In this document: positions 36,163 to 44,413 of the stretch, piece by piece
Layout: every line of letters starts with the position of its first letter
Numbering within the stretch: the first letter of the stretch is position 1
NCBI GenBank assembly: GCA_964655125.1
Contig: CAZZLT010000012.1
Location: 8,076 to 72,075, forward strand
Source of the DNA: an uncultured Desulfurococcaceae archaeon
GTDB taxonomy: Archaea; Thermoproteota; Thermoprotei_A; Sulfolobales; NBVN01
DNA length: 64,000 bases
Direction of reading: 5' to 3'
Position numbers and translations under genes: made by a program
The notes under the pieces: model-generated
What the model saw: the letters and a program-made list of their open reading frames with translations, nothing else
Database searches by the model: none
What the model was told of the DNA's origin: nothing

Positions 36163-37461
36163 TCATTTTATTGGGTACCTCCCGTACTCGTATGCCGTTT
36201 TAAACATCGCTACTATGTTTTCCGGAGGTATTCCTGGTTGGATATTATGAATATTTGCGAATACAAACCCACCCCTAGGTGCGAATATTCTTATTAAATT
36301 CTTAACGTGTTTATTAAGTTCTTCAGGTTTTACGAATGGTAGTATATGTTGGTTATCTGCACCACCACCCCAGAAAGTTATTTGATCTCCATATTCTTTC
36401 TTGAGTTTTTCAGGTTCCATACCCTTAGCAGAAATCTGTACAGGGTTGATAATATCTAAACCAATATCTATAAACTCCTTAATCAACGGAAATATAGAGC
36501 CGTCAGAATGTAAGAAGGTAAATACTTTCGAATGTTTCTTAACGTAACTTATTATCTCCTCATACCTATACTTATAGAATTCCCTAAATACCTCAACACT
36601 TATTTGAGGACCTGTCTCAATACCCATATCATCATACGCTATTACCTGTACTTGAATATACTCACCAATAGCATCTATAATTTTCTTAATATTGTATAAC
36701 ATGACTTCAAATATATGATCAAGTATAGCGTCTGCTAGTGGTTTTCTAGATCTTAGATCTACAAACCACTTCCCCCAACCTCTAAGGGTTTGACCTCCAG
36801 CATGTAATCCTCGAAACGCACCTAAAGCAACTGGTGAACCCATAAAGGGGTTCACTAATGCGTAGTCAGTATTCTTGAATAAGTACTCAGCCTTCTTCTT
36901 AAGTACTTCAATAACATTATCTGAGACTTTACCTACGTCCCAATTAAATTTCTCTAAATCTTCAACAGTCCTCACATCTGCTAATACATGTTTTAACCCC
37001 CAAAAATAATACCCTGTCTTAGATATCTTACCGAATGGTCTACCCTCAGCATACCCTATAAACCCGTCCTCACACTCAATAACTTCAGCATATTTAGGCA
37101 TCTCAACATCAATACCGTACGGAGCCTTCCAAACCCAAAACTCATATTCTGAAACCTCCTTTAAGAGCCCATCTACACTAGTAAATCTATATGTATGTGG
37201 GTACGGTGCCATAGGTTCTAAAACCCTACTAATATTAATAACATCAATATGGAGTAGTTCTAGTATATCCTTATCAACTTCAGCAAGTTGTTGACCTACA
37301 TCTACGATTTTAGGGGGTTTCTCAGGAAGACTTAAATACTTCCTAAGCTCGTAATAAGCTTTAGCATGAATACCTGATACCCACGTCGCACCTAAATCTA
37401 TTGGAACCCTATCAGGTTCTTCATGTTTTAAAGTTAGAATTACACGTTCTCTAGGCTTCAT
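36163..37461 (-). CDS. UroD/MtaA-superfamily methyltransferase-like protein (no Cys zinc site)
   Basis: 432 aa. MKPRERVILTLKHEEPDRVPID N-terminus is typical of the URO-D-family methyltransferases. It reads FLHSDGSIFP where MtaA-type enzymes carry H-x-C. Confidence 0.6.
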   Translation of the reverse strand: MKPRERVILTLKHEEPDRVPIDLGATWVSGIHAKAYYELRKYLSLPEKPPKIVDVGQQLAEVDKDILELLHIDVINISRVLEPMAPYPHTYRFTSVDGLLKEVSEYEFWVWKAPYGIDVEMPKYAEVIECEDGFIGYAEGRPFGKISKTGYYFWGLKHVLADVRTVEDLEKFNWDVGKVSDNVIEVLKKKAEYLFKNTDYALVNPFMGSPVALGAFRGLHAGGQTLRGWGKWFVDLRSRKPLADAILDHIFEVMLYNIKKIIDAIGEYIQVQVIAYDDMGIETGPQISVEVFREFYKYRYEEIISYVKKHSKVFTFLHSDGSIFPLIKEFIDIGLDIINPVQISAKGMEPEKLKKEYGDQITFWGGGADNQHILPFVKPEELNKHVKNLIRIFAPRGGFVFANIHNIQPGIPPENIVAMFKTAYEYGRYPIK

Positions 37462-37578
37462 ACTCTTAAAAGACCCTAGTTAATCTCCTCATCAGGTCTT
37501 ATATTTCTACATCATCTTTAAATTAAGGTAGGATGAGTAAGACACTATTTTAATTTCATGTACAGTATTAGTAGGACT

Positions 37579-38553
37579 TCATACATATGTTAATCTCCTA
37601 CATACTTTAATTACCTTCTCTAGCTTCATTAATGCTAACCTATATTCCTCCTCACTATTACTTAGAGTCCCACGTAATCCTCCAAAACCACAATCACCAG
37701 ATATTAAGTCTACCCTCCCACCAGTAATGTTGTAGATTTTCTCTAGTAATGTGTAGGCCTCCTCCTCACTCTCTAACCTAGGATTTCTAGTACTTATAAT
37801 ACCTGGTGATATGATCTTATCATATTTCTCTAGTAATGACTTATCAAGTACGTCAATATTTGTAGGATTATCGTGGAATTCTAAGCTAAGATACTTAATC
37901 CTACTAACCTCTGCTAATATCTCCAGTATCCTCTTATGTATACGTCCACATACGTGGATACCGACCTCAACATTAGCTACATACTTAGCTATATAATCTA
38001 ATACTTCAACTATATCTGTATCACTATAGTTGTAGAGATTTCTTCGAGCACCGATGATGAATCCTAATGCAGGTTCATCAAGAAATACTATGTTATAACC
38101 TAAATCAGCCATATACTCTACAAAATATGAGACATACTCTTTAAGGAACCCCTTAACAACTTCATTATGAGTTAATAAGGTGTTTGAGAGTGTTGCTGAT
38201 TCTCTAGATAGGTATATACGGGAAGCTAATGTGAAAGGCCCTGTAATCGGTGCTCTAAGCCCTTTAAACCTTAACTTAAGCCTCATAATAACTTCAACTG
38301 CATACTTAGCTTCAGGTACATCTACAACACCACTCCAAGAACTGATATCCTTAGGAGAACCGTAGAAGAACCCCTTCTCATATACTAGTAAACCAGCTCT
38401 TACAAGAGGTTCTAAATAAATATCTATAAAACTCCTTAACTGAGGATAGGGTGGTACATCTAAACCTAAAGATGCTAAGTCAACAACAATTCTCTCAACA
38501 TTACTTAAGCTGTATTCAAGCGGGAAACTACCAACATGACTACTCCTTAACAA
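37579..38553 (-). CDS. Short (core) MetE-like zinc methyltransferase, cobalamin-independent methionine synthase C-terminal-domain family
   Basis: 324 aa. HVGSFP N-terminus. His-x-Cys (GIHVCG), then Glu 25 residues later (SLEFHD), then Cys 63 residues after that (SGDCGFG). This is the order and approximate spacing of the MetE Zn ligands. Confidence 0.65.
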   Translation of the reverse strand: MLRSSHVGSFPLEYSLSNVERIVVDLASLGLDVPPYPQLRSFIDIYLEPLVRAGLLVYEKGFFYGSPKDISSWSGVVDVPEAKYAVEVIMRLKLRFKGLRAPITGPFTLASRIYLSRESATLSNTLLTHNEVVKGFLKEYVSYFVEYMADLGYNIVFLDEPALGFIIGARRNLYNYSDTDIVEVLDYIAKYVANVEVGIHVCGRIHKRILEILAEVSRIKYLSLEFHDNPTNIDVLDKSLLEKYDKIISPGIISTRNPRLESEEEAYTLLEKIYNITGGRVDLISGDCGFGGLRGTLSNSEEEYRLALMKLEKVIKVCRRLTYV

Positions 38554-38843
38554 ACCTCATCACTAATATCTAGATAGGGAACCATATTTTAAGTATTAAT
38601 CATATGTTAAAATTAAATCTATATGAAAAACTATACTACGAAACAGTTTTAGGATTTAAAGTGTTTGAAGAAGGTCTTAAGAACATATAGTGCCTCTAGT
38701 AGATTTCTAACTAATGTAGATATGTGGATGACTTAAACTCCAAGTTGAAACAATATATTAATTTAGAACTACTTTATCAATGAGATGGAGTCTAAACTTA
38801 GGTAGTAGGTTATTAGTTATATCATAGTATTTAAGGTAGTGTG

Positions 38844-39737
38844 TTAATCTAGTGGTAGGGTTAATTCCTTCCTCCTTAATAAGTATCTGTAGGTAGTATA
38901 TAGTGTGTATACTGCTGGGAAGACTTCTTTAGATGCTTCTATAGGACCGTATAACACGAAGTCACATCCCATCACAATTGTCATTAGGTTTGATGTTAGT
39001 TCACATATTTTTACTCCTTCAGTACCGAATCTTTCTTTAAAAGCTTTTCTCTGTATTGATATTGCGTTATGTGCTCCAGAACCTACTGGTAGACCATATC
39101 TTCTCTTAATCTCTATAGCTGTCCTAACAGCTACTGTAAGTGATGGTAAATCTATTACGAAGGTATCTACAAGTACTTTCTCAATCCCAAACTCCTTACC
39201 CTTCCTAAGTAAGGTCTCTAAATTATCTATACGTGCCTTCATATCTACTACTTTATCAGTGTATAGTAGGTATACAGCTGCCCCCACATTATTCTCTTGT
39301 AGAATCCTAAATTCCTCATCTTTAGACTTAACTGTTAGTGAGTTATATACTACTCTATCAACTAGTCCAACCTCCCTAACATATCTTAGAGCAGTATTAG
39401 AGACTTCTATAGCACCTAAAGTATCAACTAGTATAGGTGCTTTAGTAGTACTTACAGTAAATTCAATGAACTTAACAATAGCTTCTGATGTAGACCCAAT
39501 AACATCTAACATAAATGGGAGTTTAGTCTTATCTGATAACTCCTCTACAGTTTTTATAAGTGTCTCAGCCTCAGTTTTATTGAAGATACCTTTAGACTCA
39601 TCCTCAACAATTTTATGTTTATGATAGAATATAGAGCCTATAAGAACAGGTGGGTTTTCCCCAGGTTGACCACCAACCCTTACACCACTAATTTCATAGG
39701 TAATTTGAGGTGTAGTGTACTTAAGCATATTAATCAC
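38844..39737 (-). CDS. mtrH: MtrH-like methyl-tetrahydromethanopterin:corrinoid methyltransferase
   Basis: 297 aa. YEISGVRVGGQPGENPPVLIGSIFY matches the MtrH N-terminal signature. There are no mtrA-G neighbours. Confidence 0.7.
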   Translation of the reverse strand: MINMLKYTTPQITYEISGVRVGGQPGENPPVLIGSIFYHKHKIVEDESKGIFNKTEAETLIKTVEELSDKTKLPFMLDVIGSTSEAIVKFIEFTVSTTKAPILVDTLGAIEVSNTALRYVREVGLVDRVVYNSLTVKSKDEEFRILQENNVGAAVYLLYTDKVVDMKARIDNLETLLRKGKEFGIEKVLVDTFVIDLPSLTVAVRTAIEIKRRYGLPVGSGAHNAISIQRKAFKERFGTEGVKICELTSNLMTIVMGCDFVLYGPIEASKEVFPAVYTLYTTYRYLLRRKELTLPLD

Positions 39738-39863
39738 ATTAAGTATAGGTGTTAACGTTAATTAATATGTTTAATCAGTATTCCCTAATAATGTGGTAAG
39801 GCTTAAACATATAAAGAGATTTTATGGTAGTAGTTTTAGAGGGTTATTATTTAAGTGTAGATT

Positions 39864-40775
39864 ATGGTGTTTCACAACAGTAGTAAGCAGGTGTGTAAGG
39901 GTGGTAGACCTCGACGTATACGTATTAAGTTGTTTAAGAAGTCGTTTAAGTACTGGTTTCCGGGCTGTAATTTTGTTAGGGAGATTGTTAGTAGGTATAG
40001 GAGGTTTTTAGATGATGGGTCTATTATAGTTATTACTGAGAAAGCAGTTTCAGTCGCGTTAGGGAATATATATGATGAGAGTGTTATTAAGTTAGACTTT
40101 ACTTCTAAATACTTCACAAAGATTGTTAACTCATACCTTTGGGGCCGTATACTCTACAAGTCCTTCAGACGTGGTGATGATTTCCTAGAGCTTGTGGGGA
40201 GGGTTCCTTTAGAGTACTTAGCTATCCATAAGAAACTCTCACTTAAGTATGGAGGACCACTACATTTCATAAAACCGTATTCTGAAGGTGGTATAGATAC
40301 TACTAACCTACCATACTACTACGTCTCCCTACCCTTAAGAAATGCTGATAAGGTAGTTCAGGAAATTAGTGAGGATTTAACTAAGCTAGTAGGTAAGGAT
40401 ATCTACGTTCTACTCATAGATAGTGATAGGACATTCAAACCTAAGCATATATCATCAATAGCTATCTCTACAAGACCTTCATATGTGAAGGGTGTTATAG
40501 ACCTCGGTGGTCTAGGATATATTCTAGGACGTTTACTTACTAAGAGATTTACTGAGTACCCAACACCTGTAGCGTATGAGGGCTACTGGTTCGGCCTACC
40601 TAGAATACTTAAGATAGCTAGAATGGTTGAGAAATCTATTGGTTACGGACTCGGTAAATCAGCTATTGAGATGTTGAAGAACTTAGGTAAGAGTAGTTTT
40701 AATGATGTGAGGTGGGTGGATATGAATAAAGTTAAGCATTACCCTGTAGTTGTAGTTAGAGTTGAGAGGGTCTAG
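39864..40775 (+). CDS. Divergent CofE-superfamily (F420-0:gamma-glutamyl-ligase-like, COG1478-like) protein
   Basis: DGSIIVITEKAVSVALGN, GGIDTTNLP and VLLIDSDRTFKP parallel the CofE motifs (vv.s.KivSkaeGr, GiDaSN, DT.GR..R) but are degenerate. Confidence 0.45.
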   Translation: MVFHNSSKQVCKGGRPRRIRIKLFKKSFKYWFPGCNFVREIVSRYRRFLDDGSIIVITEKAVSVALGNIYDESVIKLDFTSKYFTKIVNSYLWGRILYKSFRRGDDFLELVGRVPLEYLAIHKKLSLKYGGPLHFIKPYSEGGIDTTNLPYYYVSLPLRNADKVVQEISEDLTKLVGKDIYVLLIDSDRTFKPKHISSIAISTRPSYVKGVIDLGGLGYILGRLLTKRFTEYPTPVAYEGYWFGLPRILKIARMVEKSIGYGLGKSAIEMLKNLGKSSFNDVRWVDMNKVKHYPVVVVRVERV

Positions 40776-41428
40776 GATGTATTCAACCCTATTATCCTGT
40801 AGTAATCATTAGTTGTAATCCAATTCCTCACTGACTTACTAGTCTTAATCTGTTCTACGAATTTATAGAACCATTTCCAATCTCTTTCATAGACATGGTA
40901 CGAATCAACTATATGTATATAATGACCTACATCAACCCCTAACTGTTGAGCTACATACCTCTGAAGTTCTGTAAATGCGTACATATTCATGAAGGCTGCT
41001 TTTAAAGCATCATTACTCCTCATATGTGCATGCATAACTAACTTACCATTAACTACTCTAAACCATAGTCTCTGAAGACATGGTGGGTGTTCTGATATTA
41101 AATCCTTCCATGGCTGCCAAGTTATTGCTTGTGCCCTCCTAGTGTAGGGAGTTTTCCTTAACTTCTCAATAACTTTCTCAATCTGGTCTACTACCCTCCC
41201 ATCAGGTAGTTTATATGAGAATAATCTCTCATGGTATGTATATTCAGACTTCTCAATTAAGTAGTCATGTGTACCCTTAATAACCTCATCAACATATTCT
41301 AGAAGACCTTTAAGAGAACCTGCTATAATACCCTTAAGATGTATTCTAGGCTCTGAGAAGGGGGATTTAACTAGGATTATTGCTGATGCATCAATAGATT
41401 TCTCACCATATTCAGTATCTATAATCAC
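40772..41428 (-). CDS. Thymidylate-synthase (ThyA)-superfamily protein, archaeal short type
   Basis: PPCLQRLWFRV, HMRSNDALKAAFMNMYAF and VDSYHVYERD correspond to the ThyA catalytic Cys, RSxD and DxHxY motifs. The conserved-looking N-terminus continues in frame to 41530 without a canonical start (see finding). Confidence 0.6.
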   Translation of the reverse strand: MIIDTEYGEKSIDASAIILVKSPFSEPRIHLKGIIAGSLKGLLEYVDEVIKGTHDYLIEKSEYTYHERLFSYKLPDGRVVDQIEKVIEKLRKTPYTRRAQAITWQPWKDLISEHPPCLQRLWFRVVNGKLVMHAHMRSNDALKAAFMNMYAFTELQRYVAQQLGVDVGHYIHIVDSYHVYERDWKWFYKFVEQIKTSKSVRNWITTNDYYRIIGLNTS

Positions 41429-41669
41429 TCCCTTCTCTAGGAGGTGGGTGAGGGAGTTTTCCCATGCACTCGGTAAGTTCTCTGCCTCAACATAAATTAC
41501 CCCAATCCCTACACCTCTAATTACATTTGATTAGCTAGGTAAAGTATTTATTTAAAAAGTTTAGGAGAGTCTAATTAAATTTAGAGTACCTCATCATCGT
41601 CAAGTAAGTTACGGTTATTAACTTATTCTAATAATTAGTATTAGTTAAGATGTTTTCAGGTGTAATGCT

Positions 41670-42572
41670 TTGATTATAGGGGTATTAACTAGGAATCCGA
41701 ATGGGTGGGCTTCTAGAGAACTTACTAGAGCTATTGAATCATTAGGTCATAAACCCTTCTGCTTTAGATTTAGAGATATTGTGTCTTTAGTAGATAGGGA
41801 TGGTTTTAAAGCATTTGTTAACGATGTTAATATCATAAGAGATTTATCAGCTATTATTGTTAGACCGTTCGGTAGGGTTAGTCTTGATCAAGCTATCTAC
41901 AGGATAGACCTACTCTACGCTCTAGAGGAGGAAGGAGTACCTATTTTTAATAAGCCATCAGCTATTGAGAAATGTGTTGATAAGTTTAGATCTCTTTATA
42001 CCTTCAAACATCATGGATTACCCGTCCCTAGAACTATAGTAACTGAACGTTCAAGTCTAGCACTTAGGAATGTTGAATCCTTACGTTCTAAGTATATAGT
42101 GTTAAAACCTATGTTTGGGTCTAGAGGTCATGGATCGACTAGGTTCGTCTTAAGTGACCGTGATGTGATGTGGGAAGTCATACGTTCACTACAATTCACT
42201 AGACATACTATCTACCTTCAAGAGTATATAGAGCATGGAGGGATGGATATACGAGTATTTGTATTAGGTTATAAGGTACTAGCAGCTATGATTAGGAGAG
42301 CTCCTAACGGTTCTTGGAAAACTAATATCTCGAGGGGTGGGGCTCCAATACCGTTAAAGAAGTTAGATCCTGAGGTTGAGGACCTAGCTATTAAGGCAGT
42401 AAGAATACTTGAGTGTGAGGTAGCTGGGGTAGATATTATTAAGACTAGGGATGGTGTATACATCCTCGAAGTTAATAGTCAACCAGGATGGCATGGTTTA
42501 CAGAGTGCTCATCCTGATATAGATATAGCTATGGAGATAGTAAAGTATGTAGTAAGTAAGGCTAGAAGGTAG
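41670..42572 (+). CDS. RimK-family ATP-grasp alpha-L-glutamate ligase (MptN/CofF/LysX-like)
   Basis: 300 aa. VLKPMFGSRGHG, LQEYIEHGGMDIRVFVLG, GVDIIKTRDGVYILEVNSQPGW. Confidence 0.7.
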   Translation: MIIGVLTRNPNGWASRELTRAIESLGHKPFCFRFRDIVSLVDRDGFKAFVNDVNIIRDLSAIIVRPFGRVSLDQAIYRIDLLYALEEEGVPIFNKPSAIEKCVDKFRSLYTFKHHGLPVPRTIVTERSSLALRNVESLRSKYIVLKPMFGSRGHGSTRFVLSDRDVMWEVIRSLQFTRHTIYLQEYIEHGGMDIRVFVLGYKVLAAMIRRAPNGSWKTNISRGGAPIPLKKLDPEVEDLAIKAVRILECEVAGVDIIKTRDGVYILEVNSQPGWHGLQSAHPDIDIAMEIVKYVVSKARR

Positions 42573-42584
42573 GGATTAAAATAT

Positions 42585-43541
42585 TTAACTAGTTAATGCC
42601 TTCTCAAGAATATCGTAATTTACTTTACCTGAGACTAACGTACGTCCACTCCTAACATTATTAACGACTACGAGTGCGGGGGCAAATATTGATGGGTCAA
42701 CCTTATATAGGAAATCCCATCCATACTGATCAACTAATTCTGTAAAGGACTTACCGTAGTCTTTAGAGGCTAGGCTAGGTACTTTACTTACATACTCACT
42801 TAACTTTACATCATCTATGTAATCTACAGTATAGTATGTTATCCCTCCATAGAGTAACATATCATTTGATCTACCAGCCATTTTTAGAGAATCCTTATGT
42901 AGTGGTGCTATTGGGCAGACTCCGTAACCATATAGTATAGTCTTCAAGTCAAATTCTAATGTGTTTAGTTTGAATATCCCTGTTTCTACTACCCTAGCAC
43001 TAACCTGTACTGAACCTGCAGTACTTGCTGGTGAGACTAGTACTAAGTACAGGTTTTCAGTTTTGACTCTCACCTCATTACTGATGTACTTAACTACCTC
43101 ATCATCTGGGTACTTCTCAGTCTCTAGAACTAATACAGCTTCATCAGATTCCTCACTATACCCTAACTTATCAAATAATTTCTTAGGCTTCCTAGCTAAT
43201 ACCCTAGCAGGACCACTACCATTAGCAAAGAAGTCCTTAACACTAACTCTCCAACCAGCTAATTGTGAAGCCATACATGCTTCTATCGGGTAATCTGTTG
43301 AGACTTCAACAGCTGGTACGTAGTAATCCTTAATCTTATAATTCGTAATACCTACATTCGCTAACCCCCCTAAACATATCTTAGATACGTAAATACCTGC
43401 TTCAAAACTTGATGGAGTCTTCACACCAGCATCAACTACTGTTGCTCCAGCAATCCTCATACTCGTTATCTTAAGCTCCTTCTCCTTAGCGAGCATCTCA
43501 CTAACTAACCTAACTGTTAATTTATTCATTGATAAAGTCAT
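42585..43541 (-). CDS. mch: Methenyl-tetrahydromethanopterin cyclohydrolase
   Basis: 318 aa. N-terminal VDAGVKTPSSFEAGIYVSKICLGGLA and overall Mch-like sequence. The ATGA start/stop overlaps fwdC. Confidence 0.85.
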   Translation of the reverse strand: MTLSMNKLTVRLVSEMLAKEKELKITSMRIAGATVVDAGVKTPSSFEAGIYVSKICLGGLANVGITNYKIKDYYVPAVEVSTDYPIEACMASQLAGWRVSVKDFFANGSGPARVLARKPKKLFDKLGYSEESDEAVLVLETEKYPDDEVVKYISNEVRVKTENLYLVLVSPASTAGSVQVSARVVETGIFKLNTLEFDLKTILYGYGVCPIAPLHKDSLKMAGRSNDMLLYGGITYYTVDYIDDVKLSEYVSKVPSLASKDYGKSFTELVDQYGWDFLYKVDPSIFAPALVVVNNVRSGRTLVSGKVNYDILEKALTS

Positions 43542-44413
43542 AACTCTATACTCACCTCCTCAATTAGAGATCTATAATGTTCTAATAATTCTTTATTATC
43601 ATTATATGATATGTAGAGGAGGCCTTTACCACCTACAACTACATCCCCGATAAACAGCATGAATGGTTTATCAAGTTTAATACCTCTAACAGAGATTGAA
43701 GGTACTGTTGAGTCAACGTAGAAACTAGGTAAGATAGTATCTACCCTACCACCTATTATCACCCTACCACCACTCATACCAGCACCAGGGTATAAACCAC
43801 AACATCCCTTCACAACTATAGTCCCTCCAAGCATATCAGAACCTACTAAGTTACCAGCACCCCCCTCTACCATTATCATACCTCTCTCCATCCCAACACC
43901 TACTTCAGAACCTGCATTACCGTGAACTACTATAGTCCCACCCTTCATACCCTTACCTAATTTCTCCCCAGGTAACTTACCACCTAATTTATGACCTACA
44001 TTACCGTAGACCTCTATATTCCCATCCTTCATCTTAGCCCCAACATAATCTCTAGCACTTCCCTCAACAACTATACTACCTCCCCTCATCTTATAACCTA
44101 CTAAGTGACCAGCATCACCTTTAACACTTATCTTACCCTTACTCATTCTATAACCGATAAAGCATAACTTATTAGATCCTGTCTTGAACGTAATAGTTAT
44201 TTGAGCTGGGTCTGAAGGTGCTTTCTCAGGTCCTTCAACATCGAATAACTCAGATAGACGTGTTTTCCTCCCTCCCTCCCATACAACTATGTTCTTTATA
44301 TCAGTTAATTCCTTACCGCTGAATTCATCAGGTGTTATATGTCTAACATCGATTAGGACTGTAGGTTTAGTCTTAAGGTGTAGAGAGTATGTTACTACGG
44401 ACATATCACCCAC
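43538..44413 (-). CDS. fwdC: Formylmethanofuran dehydrogenase subunit C
   Basis: Repeated G-x-x-G-x-x-M-x-G-G beta-helix units (VGYKMRGGSIVVEG, VGAKMKDGNIEVYG, GKGMKGGTIVVHG, and more). Confidence 0.85.
   Translation of the reverse strand: MGDMSVVTYSLHLKTKPTVLIDVRHITPDEFSGKELTDIKNIVVWEGGRKTRLSELFDVEGPEKAPSDPAQITITFKTGSNKLCFIGYRMSKGKISVKGDAGHLVGYKMRGGSIVVEGSARDYVGAKMKDGNIEVYGNVGHKLGGKLPGEKLGKGMKGGTIVVHGNAGSEVGVGMERGMIMVEGGAGNLVGSDMLGGTIVVKGCCGLYPGAGMSGGRVIIGGRVDTILPSFYVDSTVPSISVRGIKLDKPFMLFIGDVVVGGKGLLYISYNDNKELLEHYRSLIEEVSIEL

Noticed and set aside
38905-39624. 239-aa plus-strand ORF antisense to the MtrH-like gene.
   Set aside because: Low-complexity Ser/Thr/Leu-rich translation typical of the shadow frame of a real gene. 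It lies fully inside a well-supported minus-strand CDS. It has no motif and no promoter.
39793-40011. 72-aa ORF overlapping the 5' end of the CofE-like gene in another frame.
   Set aside because: It has no motif and is Arg/Leu/Cys-rich. The overlapping 303-aa frame carries the family motifs.
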